64,000 nucleotides of DNA from Gemmatimonadales bacterium (GCA_037189525.1 JBBCJC010000005.1:416001-480000); one strand, 5' to 3'; counted from the first letter of the stretch, positions 28,276-40,620 are shown. Notes: generated from the sequence alone by a model not told the origin. Program-made: numbers and translations.

Positions 28276-29308
28276 AATCCTCGGCCTGGTCGTCGGCGCG
28301 GGGGTGACCGTCGCGCTACTCGCCTGGGTCCTCCGGGATGTCGTCTTTGCCGACGTCTGGCAGAGCGCGCGCGCGGCGCACTGGGGCTACCTGCTTGCCG
28401 CGGTCACGCTCGCCACCTTCAGCTTCGTCCTGCGGGTTCCCCGCTGGCGGATCCTGCTTCGCGACGAGAACGGCCGATTGCTCGCCTACCCGTCGCTCTG
28501 GCACGGGATCGCCATCGGCTTCATGGCCAACAACCTGGTGCCGTTCCGCGCGGGCGAGTTCCTCCGGGCGCTTGCCGTGCATCGGCTCGAACGGGTCAGC
28601 CTCCCGGCCGCCCTGTCCTCCCTCGTGGCCGAGCGGCTGTTCGACGCGCTGACGGTGCTGGCCTTTCTGTTTCTGGGGCTCCTGACCGCCGGAATTCCTG
28701 CCGACGCGGAAATCGGAGGCCTCGTCGTCCACCGGATTGCGCGACAACTGGCCATTGCTCCCGCGATCCTGCTGGCTGCGTGCCTGACGGCGCTGTTCTT
28801 TCCGGCGCTGATGCAACGGATCATTCGGGCCGTCGTGCCATCGCCGCGCCTGGCCGATCGACTCTGCCGGTTCGTCGACGGCATCATCGCCGGACTGGGC
28901 GCTTTCCGTTCGCCCTCCCGGATGGTGATGGCGGCGTTCTGGTCGATCCTCCACTGGACCAACAACGCGCTCTCGTTCTATCTCGGCTTCAAGGCCTTCG
29001 GGATCGACGTCGGGTTCGGCGGCGCCATCCTGATGCAGAGCGTGCTGGTCGTCCTGATCGCGGTTCCGTCGACCCCCGGATATTTCGGCGTCTTCGAAGC
29101 CGCCATCAAGTCCGTTCTCGTCGTGCTGGGCGTCTCGGCCACGACGGCCGTGGCCTACGCGGTGACGTATCACTTCACCACCTTCGTCCCGATCACCGTC
29201 CTGGGGCTCTGGTCGCTGGCCCGCACTCCGATCCGGCTCCGAGCCGTTCCGGAGGACGGAACCAATCCCCCACCATCAGCTGCGCACACCCGTGACCACG
29301 CTCCGTAG
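28265..29308 (+). CDS. Lysylphosphatidylglycerol-synthase TM domain / flippase-like protein (UPF0104)
   Basis: RWRILL, NNLVPFRAGEFLR, ERLFD, PSTPGYFGVFE; polytopic. Confidence 0.88.
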   Translation: MRNKILGLVVGAGVTVALLAWVLRDVVFADVWQSARAAHWGYLLAAVTLATFSFVLRVPRWRILLRDENGRLLAYPSLWHGIAIGFMANNLVPFRAGEFLRALAVHRLERVSLPAALSSLVAERLFDALTVLAFLFLGLLTAGIPADAEIGGLVVHRIARQLAIAPAILLAACLTALFFPALMQRIIRAVVPSPRLADRLCRFVDGIIAGLGAFRSPSRMVMAAFWSILHWTNNALSFYLGFKAFGIDVGFGGAILMQSVLVVLIAVPSTPGYFGVFEAAIKSVLVVLGVSATTAVAYAVTYHFTTFVPITVLGLWSLARTPIRLRAVPEDGTNPPPSAAHTRDHAP

Positions 29309-30155
29309 CCCGGCCCACGCCAAGCTCAATCTGTTGCTCCGTGTCCTGAGTCGTGAGACGACCGGATACCACGGGATCGAAACGCTCTTCTGCCGGCTCG
29401 AGCTGGCGGACGAACTCGTGGTGGAGCGACGCGACGAGCCGGGGCGAATCACGCTCGACACGCAAGGCGTCGACCTCGGCCCCCCGGAAACCAACCTGGC
29501 GTACCGGGCGGCCGAACGGGTCCTCGCGGCAACGGGCGCGCGATTCGGCGTCCACCTCACGCTCACCAAGCGGATTCCCGCCGGTGCGGGATTGGGTGGC
29601 GGTTCCGCCGATGCGGCGGCTGCGCTCGAACTGGTCAACCAGCTGGCGGGCAATGCCGTGCCCCGCTCCGAGCTCTTCCATTTCGCCAGCCGGCTGGGCG
29701 CGGACGTCCCATTCCTGCTCTCCGGGGCGTCCCTGGCACTGGGGTGGGGCCACGGCGACCGCTTGCTGCGCTTGCCGAGCCTTCCCGCGGCGCCGGTCCT
29801 GCTCGTGATGCCGCCGGTCGCGATTCGGACACAGGATGCGTACCAGTGGGTCGACGCGGCCCGCGGAAACGTCGGTCCCCGTGGCGCGCTGGCTCTCGAT
29901 CTCGACAGCGTGAGCCGCTGGAGCGACGTCGCCCGGATGGCCGGCAACGATTTCGAATCGGTGATCTTCGGCCGCGAGCCCCGCATCCGGGAGGCCTTCG
30001 AGGCGCTGGCGCGGACCAATCCGACGCTCTGCCGGATGACCGGATCGGGCTCGACACTGTTTGCCGTCTACCGGACTGATCGCGACCGCGACGACGCCAA
30101 GATGATGTTAGGCAAGAAGTACGGCACTGTCGTCGCTACGCGCACCACTGCGTGA
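29292..30155 (+). CDS. ispE: 4-diphosphocytidyl-2-C-methyl-D-erythritol kinase
   Basis: AKLNL, KRIPAGAGLGGGSADAA, GADVPF, NDFE, MTGSGS. Confidence 0.97.
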   Translation: MTTLRSPAHAKLNLLLRVLSRETTGYHGIETLFCRLELADELVVERRDEPGRITLDTQGVDLGPPETNLAYRAAERVLAATGARFGVHLTLTKRIPAGAGLGGGSADAAAALELVNQLAGNAVPRSELFHFASRLGADVPFLLSGASLALGWGHGDRLLRLPSLPAAPVLLVMPPVAIRTQDAYQWVDAARGNVGPRGALALDLDSVSRWSDVARMAGNDFESVIFGREPRIREAFEALARTNPTLCRMTGSGSTLFAVYRTDRDRDDAKMMLGKKYGTVVATRTTA

Positions 30156-30252
30156 CTCGTTCCGGTTTCACTCCCTCCACCACGCGATAGCAACACATCG
30201 TGCGAACGGCCCCGGCAATCGCCAGGGCCATCGTGAAGGTCCTCGCAAGTCA

Positions 30253-30447
30253 TCAGATCGGGGACGTGACGTAGCCCTCGTCCGCGATTGCTTTCTCGAC
30301 CTGCTGCCGGTCGGCCACGGTGTGGACGGTAATCGTCCGCGCCGGGACATCCGCCTCGACGGTCGCAGCGGGGTCCAGCGCCTGTACCCCGCTGGTGATG
30401 TGCCGGACGCACGAACCGCAGGTCATGTTCTCGATCAGAAATTTCAT
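30253..30447 (-). CDS. copZ: Heavy-metal-associated (HMA) copper chaperone
   Basis: MTCGSC motif in a 64-aa protein divergent from copA. Confidence 0.88.
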   Translation of the reverse strand: MKFLIENMTCGSCVRHITSGVQALDPAATVEADVPARTITVHTVADRQQVEKAIADEGYVTSPI

Positions 30448-30477
30448 GTCGATCTCCGTGGTTGAGGTTGCCGGACA

Positions 30478-30508
30478 ACGCTAATCCTTCCTATTGTTGG
30501 AAGGTCAA
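30478..30508 (-). promoter_or_regulatory. CueR-dependent promoter of copZ
   Basis: Minus strand TTGACC-N19-TAGCGT containing ACCTTCC-N7-GGAAGGA. Confidence 0.88.
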
Positions 30509-30533
30509 GCCCCGGATTCGCGAGGCCCGGGGC

Positions 30534-30564
30534 TTGACCTTCCAACGATGGGAACGTCTATCGT
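30534..30564 (+). promoter_or_regulatory. CueR-dependent promoter of copA-cueR
   Basis: TTGACC-N19-TATCGT containing ACCTTCC-N7-GGAACGT; the 19-bp spacer is typical of MerR-family promoters. Confidence 0.9.
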
Positions 30565-30601
30565 TCGACCAGGACAACCCATCGAGCGCGGGAGAACGAC
30601 G

Positions 30602-33118
30602 ATGAACACGCACGAACAACGAAACTCCGGTCAGGTCGAGGTCATCCGGCTCCCCATCGAGGGAATGACCTGCGCCTCCTGTGTCACCCGCGTCGAAACC
30701 GCCCTGAGCAAGGTCGACGGCGTGGGCTCCGTCAACGTCAACATCGCGACGGAGCGCGCCGAGATCAGGACCAGCGGCGCCGTCGATCGCCAGGCACTGG
30801 TGCAGGCGGTCGAAGCCGCGGGGTACAGTGTGCCGTCGGCTGGCACCGAGCTGATCGTCGAGGGCATGACGTGCGCATCATGCGTCGGGCGGGTGGAGCG
30901 CGCGCTCCGGGCCGTACCTGGCGTCACCGATGCCGTCGTCAATCTGGCAACCGAGCGCGCCAACGCCCGCGGCACCGCCAGCGCCGAGGCGCTGATCGCG
31001 GCCGTGGAGGCGGCGGGATACGGCGCCCGGATCAACCAGCGCAGCAGGCAGGCCGAAGAGGAGCTTGCGGTCGGCAAGGAAAAGGAACGCCTGCAGCTCA
31101 AGCGCGATCTCATCCTTGCCGCCGCGTTGACCTTGCCGGTTTTTCTCCTCGAGATGGGCTCGCACCTGATTCCGGGAGTCCATGGGCTGATCGAGCGGAC
31201 CATCGGACACCAGAACAGCTGGTATCTGCAGTTCGTCCTCACCACCCTGGTGCTGGCCGTGCCCGGCATCCGTTTCTACAAGCAGGGTATCCCTGCGCTG
31301 GGGCGTCTGGCGCCGGACATGAACTCGCTAGTCGCGGTTGGTACGCTGGCAGCATACCTGTACTCGCTGGTGGCGACCTTCGCTCCGTCGCTGCTCCCGG
31401 CCGGAACGGTCAATGTCTACTACGAAGCCGCGGCCGTCATCGTCACCCTGATCCTGCTTGGCCGCTACCTGGAGGCCCGCGCCAAGGGCCGCACCTCGCA
31501 GGCCATCCAGCGCCTGGTCGGGCTGCAGCCGAGAACCGCCCGGGTCCGGCGTGATGGAGGTATCAGCGAAGTGGCAATCGTCGACGTCGTGGTCGGCGAC
31601 GTGATCGAGGTTCGCCCCGGGGAGCGGATTCCGGTTGATGGCGAGGTTCAGGACGGCGAAAGCTACGTCGACGAATCGATGATCACCGGCGAGCCGATCC
31701 CGGTTGCCAAGCAGACCGGCAGTACCCTGGTCGGCGGTACCGTCAATCAGCAGGGCGCCCTGACCTTCCGAGCTACCGCCGTGGGCGAAGCCACCATGCT
31801 GGCGCAGATCATTCGGATGGTCGAGGATGCACAGGGATCCAAGCTTCCGATTCAGGCGCTGGTCGACAAGGTCACGATGTGGTTCGTTCCCGGCGTGATG
31901 GCCGCCGCCGCCCTGACCTTCCTGGTCTGGCTCGTGTACGGCCCCTCGCCCGCGCTGACCTTCGCACTGGTCAATGCCGTTGCGGTTCTGATCATCGCCT
32001 GCCCCTGCGCCATGGGCCTCGCTACCCCGACGTCGATCATGGTCGGCACGGGACGCGGCGCCGAACTCGGCGTTCTGTTCCGGAAGGGCGAAGCGCTGCA
32101 GCTTCTCCGCGAGGCCCGGGTCGTAGCGGTCGACAAGACCGGTACGCTGACCGAAGGGCGCCCGGCCCTCACCGACATGCATGTCACCGGCGGGTTCGAT
32201 CGCGCCGAGGTGCTCGCGCTGGTGGCGGCCGTGGAATCGAAATCGGAGCATCCGGTGGGCCGGGCCATCGTCGCGGCCGCCACTGCCGAGGGTATCACCA
32301 TTCCCGAGGTGAGCGGGTTCGACTCCTTGACCGGCTATGGCGTACGGGCCGAGGTGAGCGGCCGCCGGGTGGACATCGGAGCCGACCGATACATGCACCT
32401 GCTCGGCGTGGAGATCGCGGAATTCGCTTCGGCAGCTGAGCAACTCGCCGGCGACGGAAAATCACCGCTCTATGCAGCCGTCGACAACCAGCTGGTTGCG
32501 ATCATGGCCGTGGCCGATCCGATCAAGGCCACCACCCCCGAGGCGCTTGCCGCGCTGCACGGCCTCGGCCTCAAAGTGGCAATGGTAACCGGCGACAACG
32601 CCCGGACCGCCGAAGCGATCGCGCGCCGGCTGGGCATCGACGTGGTCGTGGCCGAGGTGCTTCCGGAAGGCAAGATCACGGCGGTCGAGAGGCTGCAGAC
32701 CGCCCATGGCAAGGTGGCCTTCGTGGGTGACGGGATCAACGATGCGCCGGCGCTGGCGGCGGCCGACGTCGGCGTTGCCGTCGGCACCGGCACGGACGTC
32801 GCGATCGAGGCGGCAGACGTCGTGCTGATGTCGGGAAGCCTGAACGGCGTTGCCACGGCAATCGCGCTCTCGCACGCCACCATCGGCAACATCCGGCAGA
32901 ATTTGTTCTGGGCGTTCGCCTACAATACCGCCCTGATTCCGGTAGCGGCCGGTCTGCTCTACCCCGTCTGGGGCATACTGCTCTCCCCTATGTTCGCCGC
33001 CGGGGCCATGGCCATGTCCAGCGTGTTCGTACTCGGCAATGCGCTCAGGCTGCGCCGATTCACCCCCCCGGGAGCGGCCTCAAATCCCGGGGCCGTTCGG
33101 ACAGGAGCGTCACGATGA
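30602..33118 (+). CDS. copA: Cu(I)-translocating P1B-type ATPase
   Basis: Two GMTCASC HMA domains, [25 protein letters not shown] and MAMSS. Confidence 0.96.
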   Translation: MNTHEQRNSGQVEVIRLPIEGMTCASCVTRVETALSKVDGVGSVNVNIATERAEIRTSGAVDRQALVQAVEAAGYSVPSAGTELIVEGMTCASCVGRVERALRAVPGVTDAVVNLATERANARGTASAEALIAAVEAAGYGARINQRSRQAEEELAVGKEKERLQLKRDLILAAALTLPVFLLEMGSHLIPGVHGLIERTIGHQNSWYLQFVLTTLVLAVPGIRFYKQGIPALGRLAPDMNSLVAVGTLAAYLYSLVATFAPSLLPAGTVNVYYEAAAVIVTLILLGRYLEARAKGRTSQAIQRLVGLQPRTARVRRDGGISEVAIVDVVVGDVIEVRPGERIPVDGEVQDGESYVDESMITGEPIPVAKQTGSTLVGGTVNQQGALTFRATAVGEATMLAQIIRMVEDAQGSKLPIQALVDKVTMWFVPGVMAAAALTFLVWLVYGPSPALTFALVNAVAVLIIACPCAMGLATPTSIMVGTGRGAELGVLFRKGEALQLLREARVVAVDKTGTLTEGRPALTDMHVTGGFDRAEVLALVAAVESKSEHPVGRAIVAAATAEGITIPEVSGFDSLTGYGVRAEVSGRRVDIGADRYMHLLGVEIAEFASAAEQLAGDGKSPLYAAVDNQLVAIMAVADPIKATTPEALAALHGLGLKVAMVTGDNARTAEAIARRLGIDVVVAEVLPEGKITAVERLQTAHGKVAFVGDGINDAPALAAADVGVAVGTGTDVAIEAADVVLMSGSLNGVATAIALSHATIGNIRQNLFWAFAYNTALIPVAAGLLYPVWGILLSPMFAAGAMAMSSVFVLGNALRLRRFTPPGAASNPGAVRTGASR

Positions 33119-33564
33119 ATATCGGAGAGGCCGCAAGCGCGTCCGGCGTCTCGGCCAAGATGATCCGGTACTACGAGCAGATCGGCCTGATCCCACCGGC
33201 CAGCCGCACCGACTCGGGGTACCGCGAGTACACCGACGCCGACGTCCACATGCTTCGTTTCGTGCGCCGCGCTCGCGACCTGGGGTTCCCGGTGGCGGAG
33301 ATCGACGAACTGCTGAACCTCTGGCGCGATCGGTCGAGGCGGAGCGCGGACGTCAAGAAGATCGCCACGGCCCACATCGACTCACTGCGCGATAAGATCG
33401 ACGGGCTGAATCAGATGGTGGCCACGCTCCAGGACCTGGCCCGTCGCTGCTCCGGCGACGGGCGTCCCGATTGCCCGATCCTCGCAGACTTGGAAGAAGC
33501 AACGGAGCCGGCGACGACCGGCTCTCCGCGACGTCAACAGCGGGGATTGAAGACGAAATACTGA
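33115..33564 (+). CDS. cueR: Cu(I)-responsive MerR-family regulator
   Basis: MNIGEAA...KMIRYYE; C-terminal [12 protein letters not shown]. Confidence 0.95.
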   Translation: MNIGEAASASGVSAKMIRYYEQIGLIPPASRTDSGYREYTDADVHMLRFVRRARDLGFPVAEIDELLNLWRDRSRRSADVKKIATAHIDSLRDKIDGLNQMVATLQDLARRCSGDGRPDCPILADLEEATEPATTGSPRRQQRGLKTKY

Positions 33565-33730
33565 TCGTATCCGGCGGGAAAACCTTCGCGACAGTCGGGA
33601 ACCCCATATATATTCGGGCTCGGCAGTGCCATCCCAAACCCGCAGCAGAATCTGCTAAGGGCCTGGGTTGGTTCGGCTTCGGTGAGGGAGCTCGCCGACC
33701 GAAGATAAGCCGTTGAAACAGAACAACTTC

Positions 33731-33801
33731 TGGCCCTTCGTCCAATGGCAGGACATCAGACTTTGACTCTGAGAATGGTGGTTCGAATCCACCAGGGCCA
33801 A
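33731..33801 (+). tRNA. tRNA-Gln(TTG)
   Basis: Acceptor TGGCCCT/AGGGCCA, anticodon arm TCAGA-CTTTGAC-TCTGA, GTTCGAAT; expected position upstream of prs. Confidence 0.97.
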
Positions 33802-33926
33802 CTGTAGAACGTCTTCGATCGTCGCCAGCCCTGACCCCGCATCGGGCCGCCGCCCGGGCTCCGAAGCCACCGGGACCGCTCCGTTTGCTTGCCGCCAAAC
33901 CCAAATCAACGCTATATTTAGGGGCT

Positions 33927-34886
33927 ATGGCCCTTCCGAATCAGTCCCAGGTTCTGAGCCCGATGCTTCTGCTATCGGGCACGGCGAATCGACCCCTTTC
34001 GGAAGAAGTCGCAAAGGAGCTCGACCAGGCGCTCTGCAAGGCAACGATCCGGCGATTCGCCGACGGAGAGATCTTCGTCAAGATCGACGAGAACGTTCGT
34101 GGCCGGGATGTCTACATCATCCAGCCCACCAATCCGCCGGGCGACAACCTGCTCGAGCTCCTGCTCTTGATGGATGCAGCGCGCCGAGCCAGCGCCGCGC
34201 GGATCACGGCCGTCATCCCCTACTTCGGGTATGCCCGCCAGGACCGCAAGGATCAGCCGCGCGTCGCGATCAGCGCCAAGCTGATGGCCAACATGGTGTC
34301 GGCGGCCGGAGCCGATCGGGTCCTCTCGATCGACTTCCATCAGCACCAGATGCAGGGGTTCTTCGATCTGCCGGTCGATCACCTCTATGCGGCGCCGGTG
34401 TTCGTCAACCACTATCGCCAGAAGAGCCTTCGGGATCTGGTGGTGGTGGCGTCGGATGCGGGCGGCGCCAAGATGGCGCGGAGCTTTGCGAAGAAGCTCA
34501 ACGCCAGCTTTGCGATCATCGACAAGCGGCGGACTGCGGCCAATGTGGCCGAGGTCGTCAACGTCGTCGGCGACGTCGCGGGCAAAGACTGCCTGCTGCC
34601 CGATGACATGATCGATACCGGCGGCACCATGACCGAAGCGGTCATGGCGCTCAAGCGCCTGGGCGCTCAGGACATCTATGTCTGCGCCACCCATGCCCTG
34701 CTGAGCGGACCCGCCGTCGAGCGGCTCTCGCAGGCGCCGGTGACGGAAGTTGCGGTAACCAATTCGATCGCGCTGCCCGACTCGAAGCGCTTCGATAAGC
34801 TCAAAGTTCTGTCGATCGCGAGCCTTCTGGCCAAGGCGATCGGGTACACCCACAGCGATCAGTCGGTAAGTTCGCTGTTCGATTGA
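33927..34886 (+). CDS. prs: Ribose-phosphate pyrophosphokinase
   Basis: FADGE, PYFGYARQDRK, DDMIDTGGT, ATH. Confidence 0.97.
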   Translation: MALPNQSQVLSPMLLLSGTANRPLSEEVAKELDQALCKATIRRFADGEIFVKIDENVRGRDVYIIQPTNPPGDNLLELLLLMDAARRASAARITAVIPYFGYARQDRKDQPRVAISAKLMANMVSAAGADRVLSIDFHQHQMQGFFDLPVDHLYAAPVFVNHYRQKSLRDLVVVASDAGGAKMARSFAKKLNASFAIIDKRRTAANVAEVVNVVGDVAGKDCLLPDDMIDTGGTMTEAVMALKRLGAQDIYVCATHALLSGPAVERLSQAPVTEVAVTNSIALPDSKRFDKLKVLSIASLLAKAIGYTHSDQSVSSLFD

Positions 34887-34907
34887 TTCGGTAGAGGAAA
34901 CGGTATC

Positions 34908-35561
34908 ATGTCCAAGACGGCAGTTCTCAGCGCATCGGTTCGGAACCAGAACGGAAAGGGCGCCGCCCGGGCGCTTCGGCGTGACGGCAAGGTTCCCGCG
35001 GTTGTCTACGGCCGGGGCCGGGCCCCGGAATCCCTGGCGATCGAGGCGGTGGCGCTCGAGCGACTGCTGGCCAAGGTTCGGGCCACCACGCTGCTCGATG
35101 TCTCGGTCGATGATCGCCAGCCGGTCAAAGCGCTGATTCGCGAAGTACAGCGCAATCCCCTTCGGCCGGTCGACATCCTCCATGTCGACCTGTACGAAGT
35201 CCACGCCGACGAGGAAATCGCGGTCGACGTGCCGATCAAGTTCGTCGGGACGGCCGAGGGCGTGAAGAACTCGGGCGGCGTCTTTGAGGCCGTGCTGCAC
35301 CAGCTGCAGATCAAGGTCCTCCCCGGCGACATCCCGGACCACATCGATGTCGATGTGAGCGCGCTTGGCCTGGGCCAGTCGATTCACGTCAGTGATCTCA
35401 CGCTCGCGAAAGGGTCGTTCCTGACCGACGCCGGCGTGACCCTCTGCACCGTGGTGGCTCCGAAGACCGAAGCCGCGGCCGAGGGAGCGGAGGGCGGCGC
35501 CGAGCCGGAGTTGATCCGGAAGCCGAAGCCCGCCGAGGACGAGGCCAACGCAAAGGGCTGA
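34908..35561 (+). CDS. rplY: 50S ribosomal protein L25/Ctc
   Basis: GKGAARALRRDGKVPAVVYG, HVDL; prs-rplY-pth synteny. Confidence 0.96.
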   Translation: MSKTAVLSASVRNQNGKGAARALRRDGKVPAVVYGRGRAPESLAIEAVALERLLAKVRATTLLDVSVDDRQPVKALIREVQRNPLRPVDILHVDLYEVHADEEIAVDVPIKFVGTAEGVKNSGGVFEAVLHQLQIKVLPGDIPDHIDVDVSALGLGQSIHVSDLTLAKGSFLTDAGVTLCTVVAPKTEAAAEGAEGGAEPELIRKPKPAEDEANAKG

Positions 35562-35565
35562 CCCC

Positions 35566-36153
35566 CTGCGTACCATCGTCGGGCTGGGCAATCCCGGCGC
35601 GGAGTACGACGGCACCCGGCACAACGCCGGGTTCATCCTGGTAGATCATCTCGCGGCGCGCTGGGGGTTTCCCTCCTTTCGCCGCGACGGCCCGGCCCGC
35701 AGCACGCGGGGTACGATCGGCGGGGTCGCGGTCCAGTTGCTCAAGCCGCAGACCTACATGAACCGGAGTGGCGCCGCGCTGGCTGAGCTCAAGGGCAGTC
35801 CGGAGTTCGATCTCGCCCGCGACCTGCTGGTCGTGGTCGATGAAACCGCCCTGCCGATTGGACGGTTTCGGCTGCGCGCCAAGGGGTCGGCGGGCGGACA
35901 CAACGGTCTCAAGAGCGTCGAAGGGTCGCTGCGCAGCCAGGAGTATGCCCGGCTCCGCATCGGAGTCGGCCCCGTACCGCCCGACTATGATGATCTGGCG
36001 GACTTCGTCCTCGACGGGTTTACCCGGGAGGAGGCCGAGATCCTTCGGGGCCTGCTCGACCCGATGGCCGATGCCGTGGAATGCTGGGTGACCGAGGGAA
36101 TCGAACTGGCGATGACGCGGCATAACCGAAACGCCGGCGGCGCCGAACAGTAG
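35566..36153 (+). CDS. pth: Peptidyl-tRNA hydrolase (probable CTG start)
   Basis: (L)RTIVGLGNPG.EY..TRHNAGF, KPQTYMNRSG, GSAGGHNGLKS, RLRIGVG. Confidence 0.93.
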   Translation: MRTIVGLGNPGAEYDGTRHNAGFILVDHLAARWGFPSFRRDGPARSTRGTIGGVAVQLLKPQTYMNRSGAALAELKGSPEFDLARDLLVVVDETALPIGRFRLRAKGSAGGHNGLKSVEGSLRSQEYARLRIGVGPVPPDYDDLADFVLDGFTREEAEILRGLLDPMADAVECWVTEGIELAMTRHNRNAGGAEQ

Positions 36154-36220
36154 CCGCAGCACCTAACCCTGTACCGGGCGCCGACCAGCCGCGGTCGACG
36201 CGCGTAACGAGAGTCTCTGC

Positions 36221-38275
<2,055 letters not shown>

Positions 38276-38299
38276 TTGTCCTGATCCGCAGGTAGCGTC

Positions 38300-39397
38300 A
38301 TGCTCCGACTCGGTATCGTGGGACTTCCCAACGTCGGGAAGTCCACGCTCTTCAACGCGCTGACTTCCGCCAAGGCTCTGGTCGCGAACTACCCGTTCGC
38401 GACCATCGAGCCCAACACCGGTGTGGTCGAAGTTCCCGACGCCCGGCTCCAGGCCATCGGCGCATTCGTCAATCCTCAGCGGATCCTGCCGGCCACGGTG
38501 GAGTTCGTCGACATCGCCGGCCTGGTCAAAGGGGCCAGCCAGGGTGAAGGGCTGGGCAACCAGTTCCTCGCCAACATCCGCGAAGTCGACGCCGTGGTTC
38601 AGGTGGTGCGCTGCTTCGAAGACGATGATATCCAGCACGTGATGGGTTCGGTCGACCCCGCGCGCGATCGCGACATCATCAACATCGAACTCGGCCTGGC
38701 CGATCTCGCGGCGGTCGAGAAACGACTCGACAAAACGGTCCGTCTGGCCAAGTCGGGCGACCCGCAGGCCAAGCTCGAGGCCCGTCTGCTGGAACAGCTC
38801 AAGGCGGTCCTCTCCGAAGGCAAGCCGGCCCGGGCGGTCGTCCCCACGGCCGAGGAGCTGCCAACCTACCGGCAGTTCAATCTGCTGACGTCCAAGCCGG
38901 TGCTCTATGCCGCCAACGTCGGCGAAACCGAGCTCGACAGCGGCAACGCTCATACGCAGGCGCTGACCGAGGCGATCAAGGCCTCGGGAGAAGACGCCGA
39001 ACTGATCCTCTTCTCGGCCAAGGTCGAGGCCGAGTTGGCCGAGCTGCCGCTGGAAGACCGCAAGGACTTCCTGGACGCGCTGGGCCTCGCCGAGTCCGGC
39101 CTCGACCGGCTCGCTCGAGCCGCTTATCGCCTGCTCGGCCTGCGGAGCTACTTCACCGCCGGCGAGAAAGAAGTGCGCGCCTGGACCATCCGCGTGGGCG
39201 ACAAGGCCCCGCAAGCCGCCGCGGTGATCCATACCGACTTCGAGAAGGGCTTCATCCGGGCGGAGACCGTTGCGTATGACGACTTCGTGCGGGTGAGCGG
39301 ATGGAAGGCGGCCCGGGAACAGGGGCTGGTCCGCTCGGAGGGCAAGGAATACGTCGTGCAGGACGGCGACGTGATCCTCTTCCGCTTCAACGTCTAG
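38300..39397 (+). CDS. ychF: Redox-regulated ATPase YchF
   Basis: [44 protein letters not shown]. Confidence 0.97.
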   Translation: MLRLGIVGLPNVGKSTLFNALTSAKALVANYPFATIEPNTGVVEVPDARLQAIGAFVNPQRILPATVEFVDIAGLVKGASQGEGLGNQFLANIREVDAVVQVVRCFEDDDIQHVMGSVDPARDRDIINIELGLADLAAVEKRLDKTVRLAKSGDPQAKLEARLLEQLKAVLSEGKPARAVVPTAEELPTYRQFNLLTSKPVLYAANVGETELDSGNAHTQALTEAIKASGEDAELILFSAKVEAELAELPLEDRKDFLDALGLAESGLDRLARAAYRLLGLRSYFTAGEKEVRAWTIRVGDKAPQAAAVIHTDFEKGFIRAETVAYDDFVRVSGWKAAREQGLVRSEGKEYVVQDGDVILFRFNV

Positions 39398-39464
39398 ACG
39401 TCCCTTACACACGACCGGCGGGCGTGCTCCAGCGCCTGCCGGAACTCACGGAAGAGAGACCGTC

Positions 39465-40274
39465 ATGCGCCCATGCCTGATCGGGCTTCCCTACGACGCC
39501 AGTTCGTCCTTCCTCCGTGGCCCCGCCGAGGCGCCGCCCCTGATCCGCGCCGCGCTCAACAGCCCAGCGGGCAACCCGTGGACCGAAACGAACCATGACC
39601 TGAGCGGCCCCACCGGACTCGCGGATGCCGGCGACCTCGTCTTGCCTCCCGACGAGCGGGCGCGCGCGCTGATCGAGGCTGGGGTGCGTTCGGTGCTGGA
39701 CGCGGGCAATCGGCCGATCGCGTTAGGCGGCGACCACGCCGTCACCTATCCCGTCGTTCGTGCGGTGGCCGCACATCATCCGGGTCTGACCATCGTGCAC
39801 ATCGATGCCCACGCCGACCTCTACGAGGATTTCGAGGGCGACCGGTACTCGCACGCCTGTCCGTTCGCCCGGATCATGGAAGCCGGTCTGGCGAGCCGCC
39901 TGATTCAGATCGGGATCCGGACCCAGACCGCGCACCTGCGGGAACAGGCCGAGCGGTTCGGTGTCGAGATGATCACGATGGACCGGTGGGTCGAGGGCGT
40001 CCGGCCCCGCACCGAGGGACCGGTGTACTGGTCGATCGACCTCGACGGCATCGACCCCGGGGCAGCTCCCGGCGTCTCGCATCGGGAACCGGGCGGCCTT
40101 TCCGTGCGCGACGTGATCACCCTGATCCACCAGCTCGGCGGCGATGTAGTGGGCGGCGACGTGGTCGAGTACAACCCGCGCCAGGATCTGGGCGGTGTTA
40201 CCGCAGTCGTTGCCGCCAAACTCGTGAAGGAGTTGGCCGGCCGGATCATGACCGACATATCGGCCCAACCCTAG
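39465..40274 (+). CDS. Ureohydrolase (agmatinase/arginase family)
   Basis: GGDHAVT, DAHADL, SHACPF, SIDLDGIDP..APGVS, DVVEYNP. Confidence 0.9.
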   Translation: MRPCLIGLPYDASSSFLRGPAEAPPLIRAALNSPAGNPWTETNHDLSGPTGLADAGDLVLPPDERARALIEAGVRSVLDAGNRPIALGGDHAVTYPVVRAVAAHHPGLTIVHIDAHADLYEDFEGDRYSHACPFARIMEAGLASRLIQIGIRTQTAHLREQAERFGVEMITMDRWVEGVRPRTEGPVYWSIDLDGIDPGAAPGVSHREPGGLSVRDVITLIHQLGGDVVGGDVVEYNPRQDLGGVTAVVAAKLVKELAGRIMTDISAQP

Positions 40275-40570
40275 CCCGGCGGGGCAATCGAGCGGACACG
40301 CTCGAATCTGACGCCGAAGGCGTCCGCCCAACCCGGGCGATGCCAGACATATAAGGCGGCGATGCGGAACCGCGCCGCGGTTCGCAGGCGTTGTCGTTCG
40401 CTGCCCTCGCGGCTGGAGGGTAGCTACTGGCGATACAGACCGCCCTCCTCAGAAACTCCTCAATTTCGTGAGACCGGACCGGTGGCCGGCACCTGACCCG
40501 TCCATCGATACGACATCACCAGGAAACCAAAGCTCAGAAAACGGGACTGTCAAAACGCCAAAGATTAACT

Positions 40571-40610
40571 ATAATTGGTTATTAATGGGTATTATTGGTG
40601 ATAATTGGGT
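40571..40610. repeat. Four tandem 10-bp AT-rich direct repeats upstream of fic
   Basis: ATAATTGGTT / ATTAATGGGT / ATTATTGGTG / ATAATTGGGT. Confidence 0.6.
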
Positions 40611-40620
40611 GGAATATGGT

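Noticed and set aside
30222..30230. CCAGGGCCA identical to the 3' end of tRNA-Gln (33792-33800), a possible att remnant for the copper cassette
   Set aside because: Only 9 bp in GC-rich DNA. It lies upstream of the intact tRNA, the wrong geometry for 3'-end integration, and there is no integrase.
33972..35636. 554-aa minus-strand ORF
   Set aside because: Antisense shadow of prs and rplY, which share a frame.
39465..40274. Ureohydrolase as a Ni-dependent guanidine hydrolase linked to the guanidine riboswitch
   Set aside because: Canonical agmatinase/arginase motifs, no adjacent HypA/HypB-like maturation genes, no riboswitch upstream, and 13 kb from gdx.
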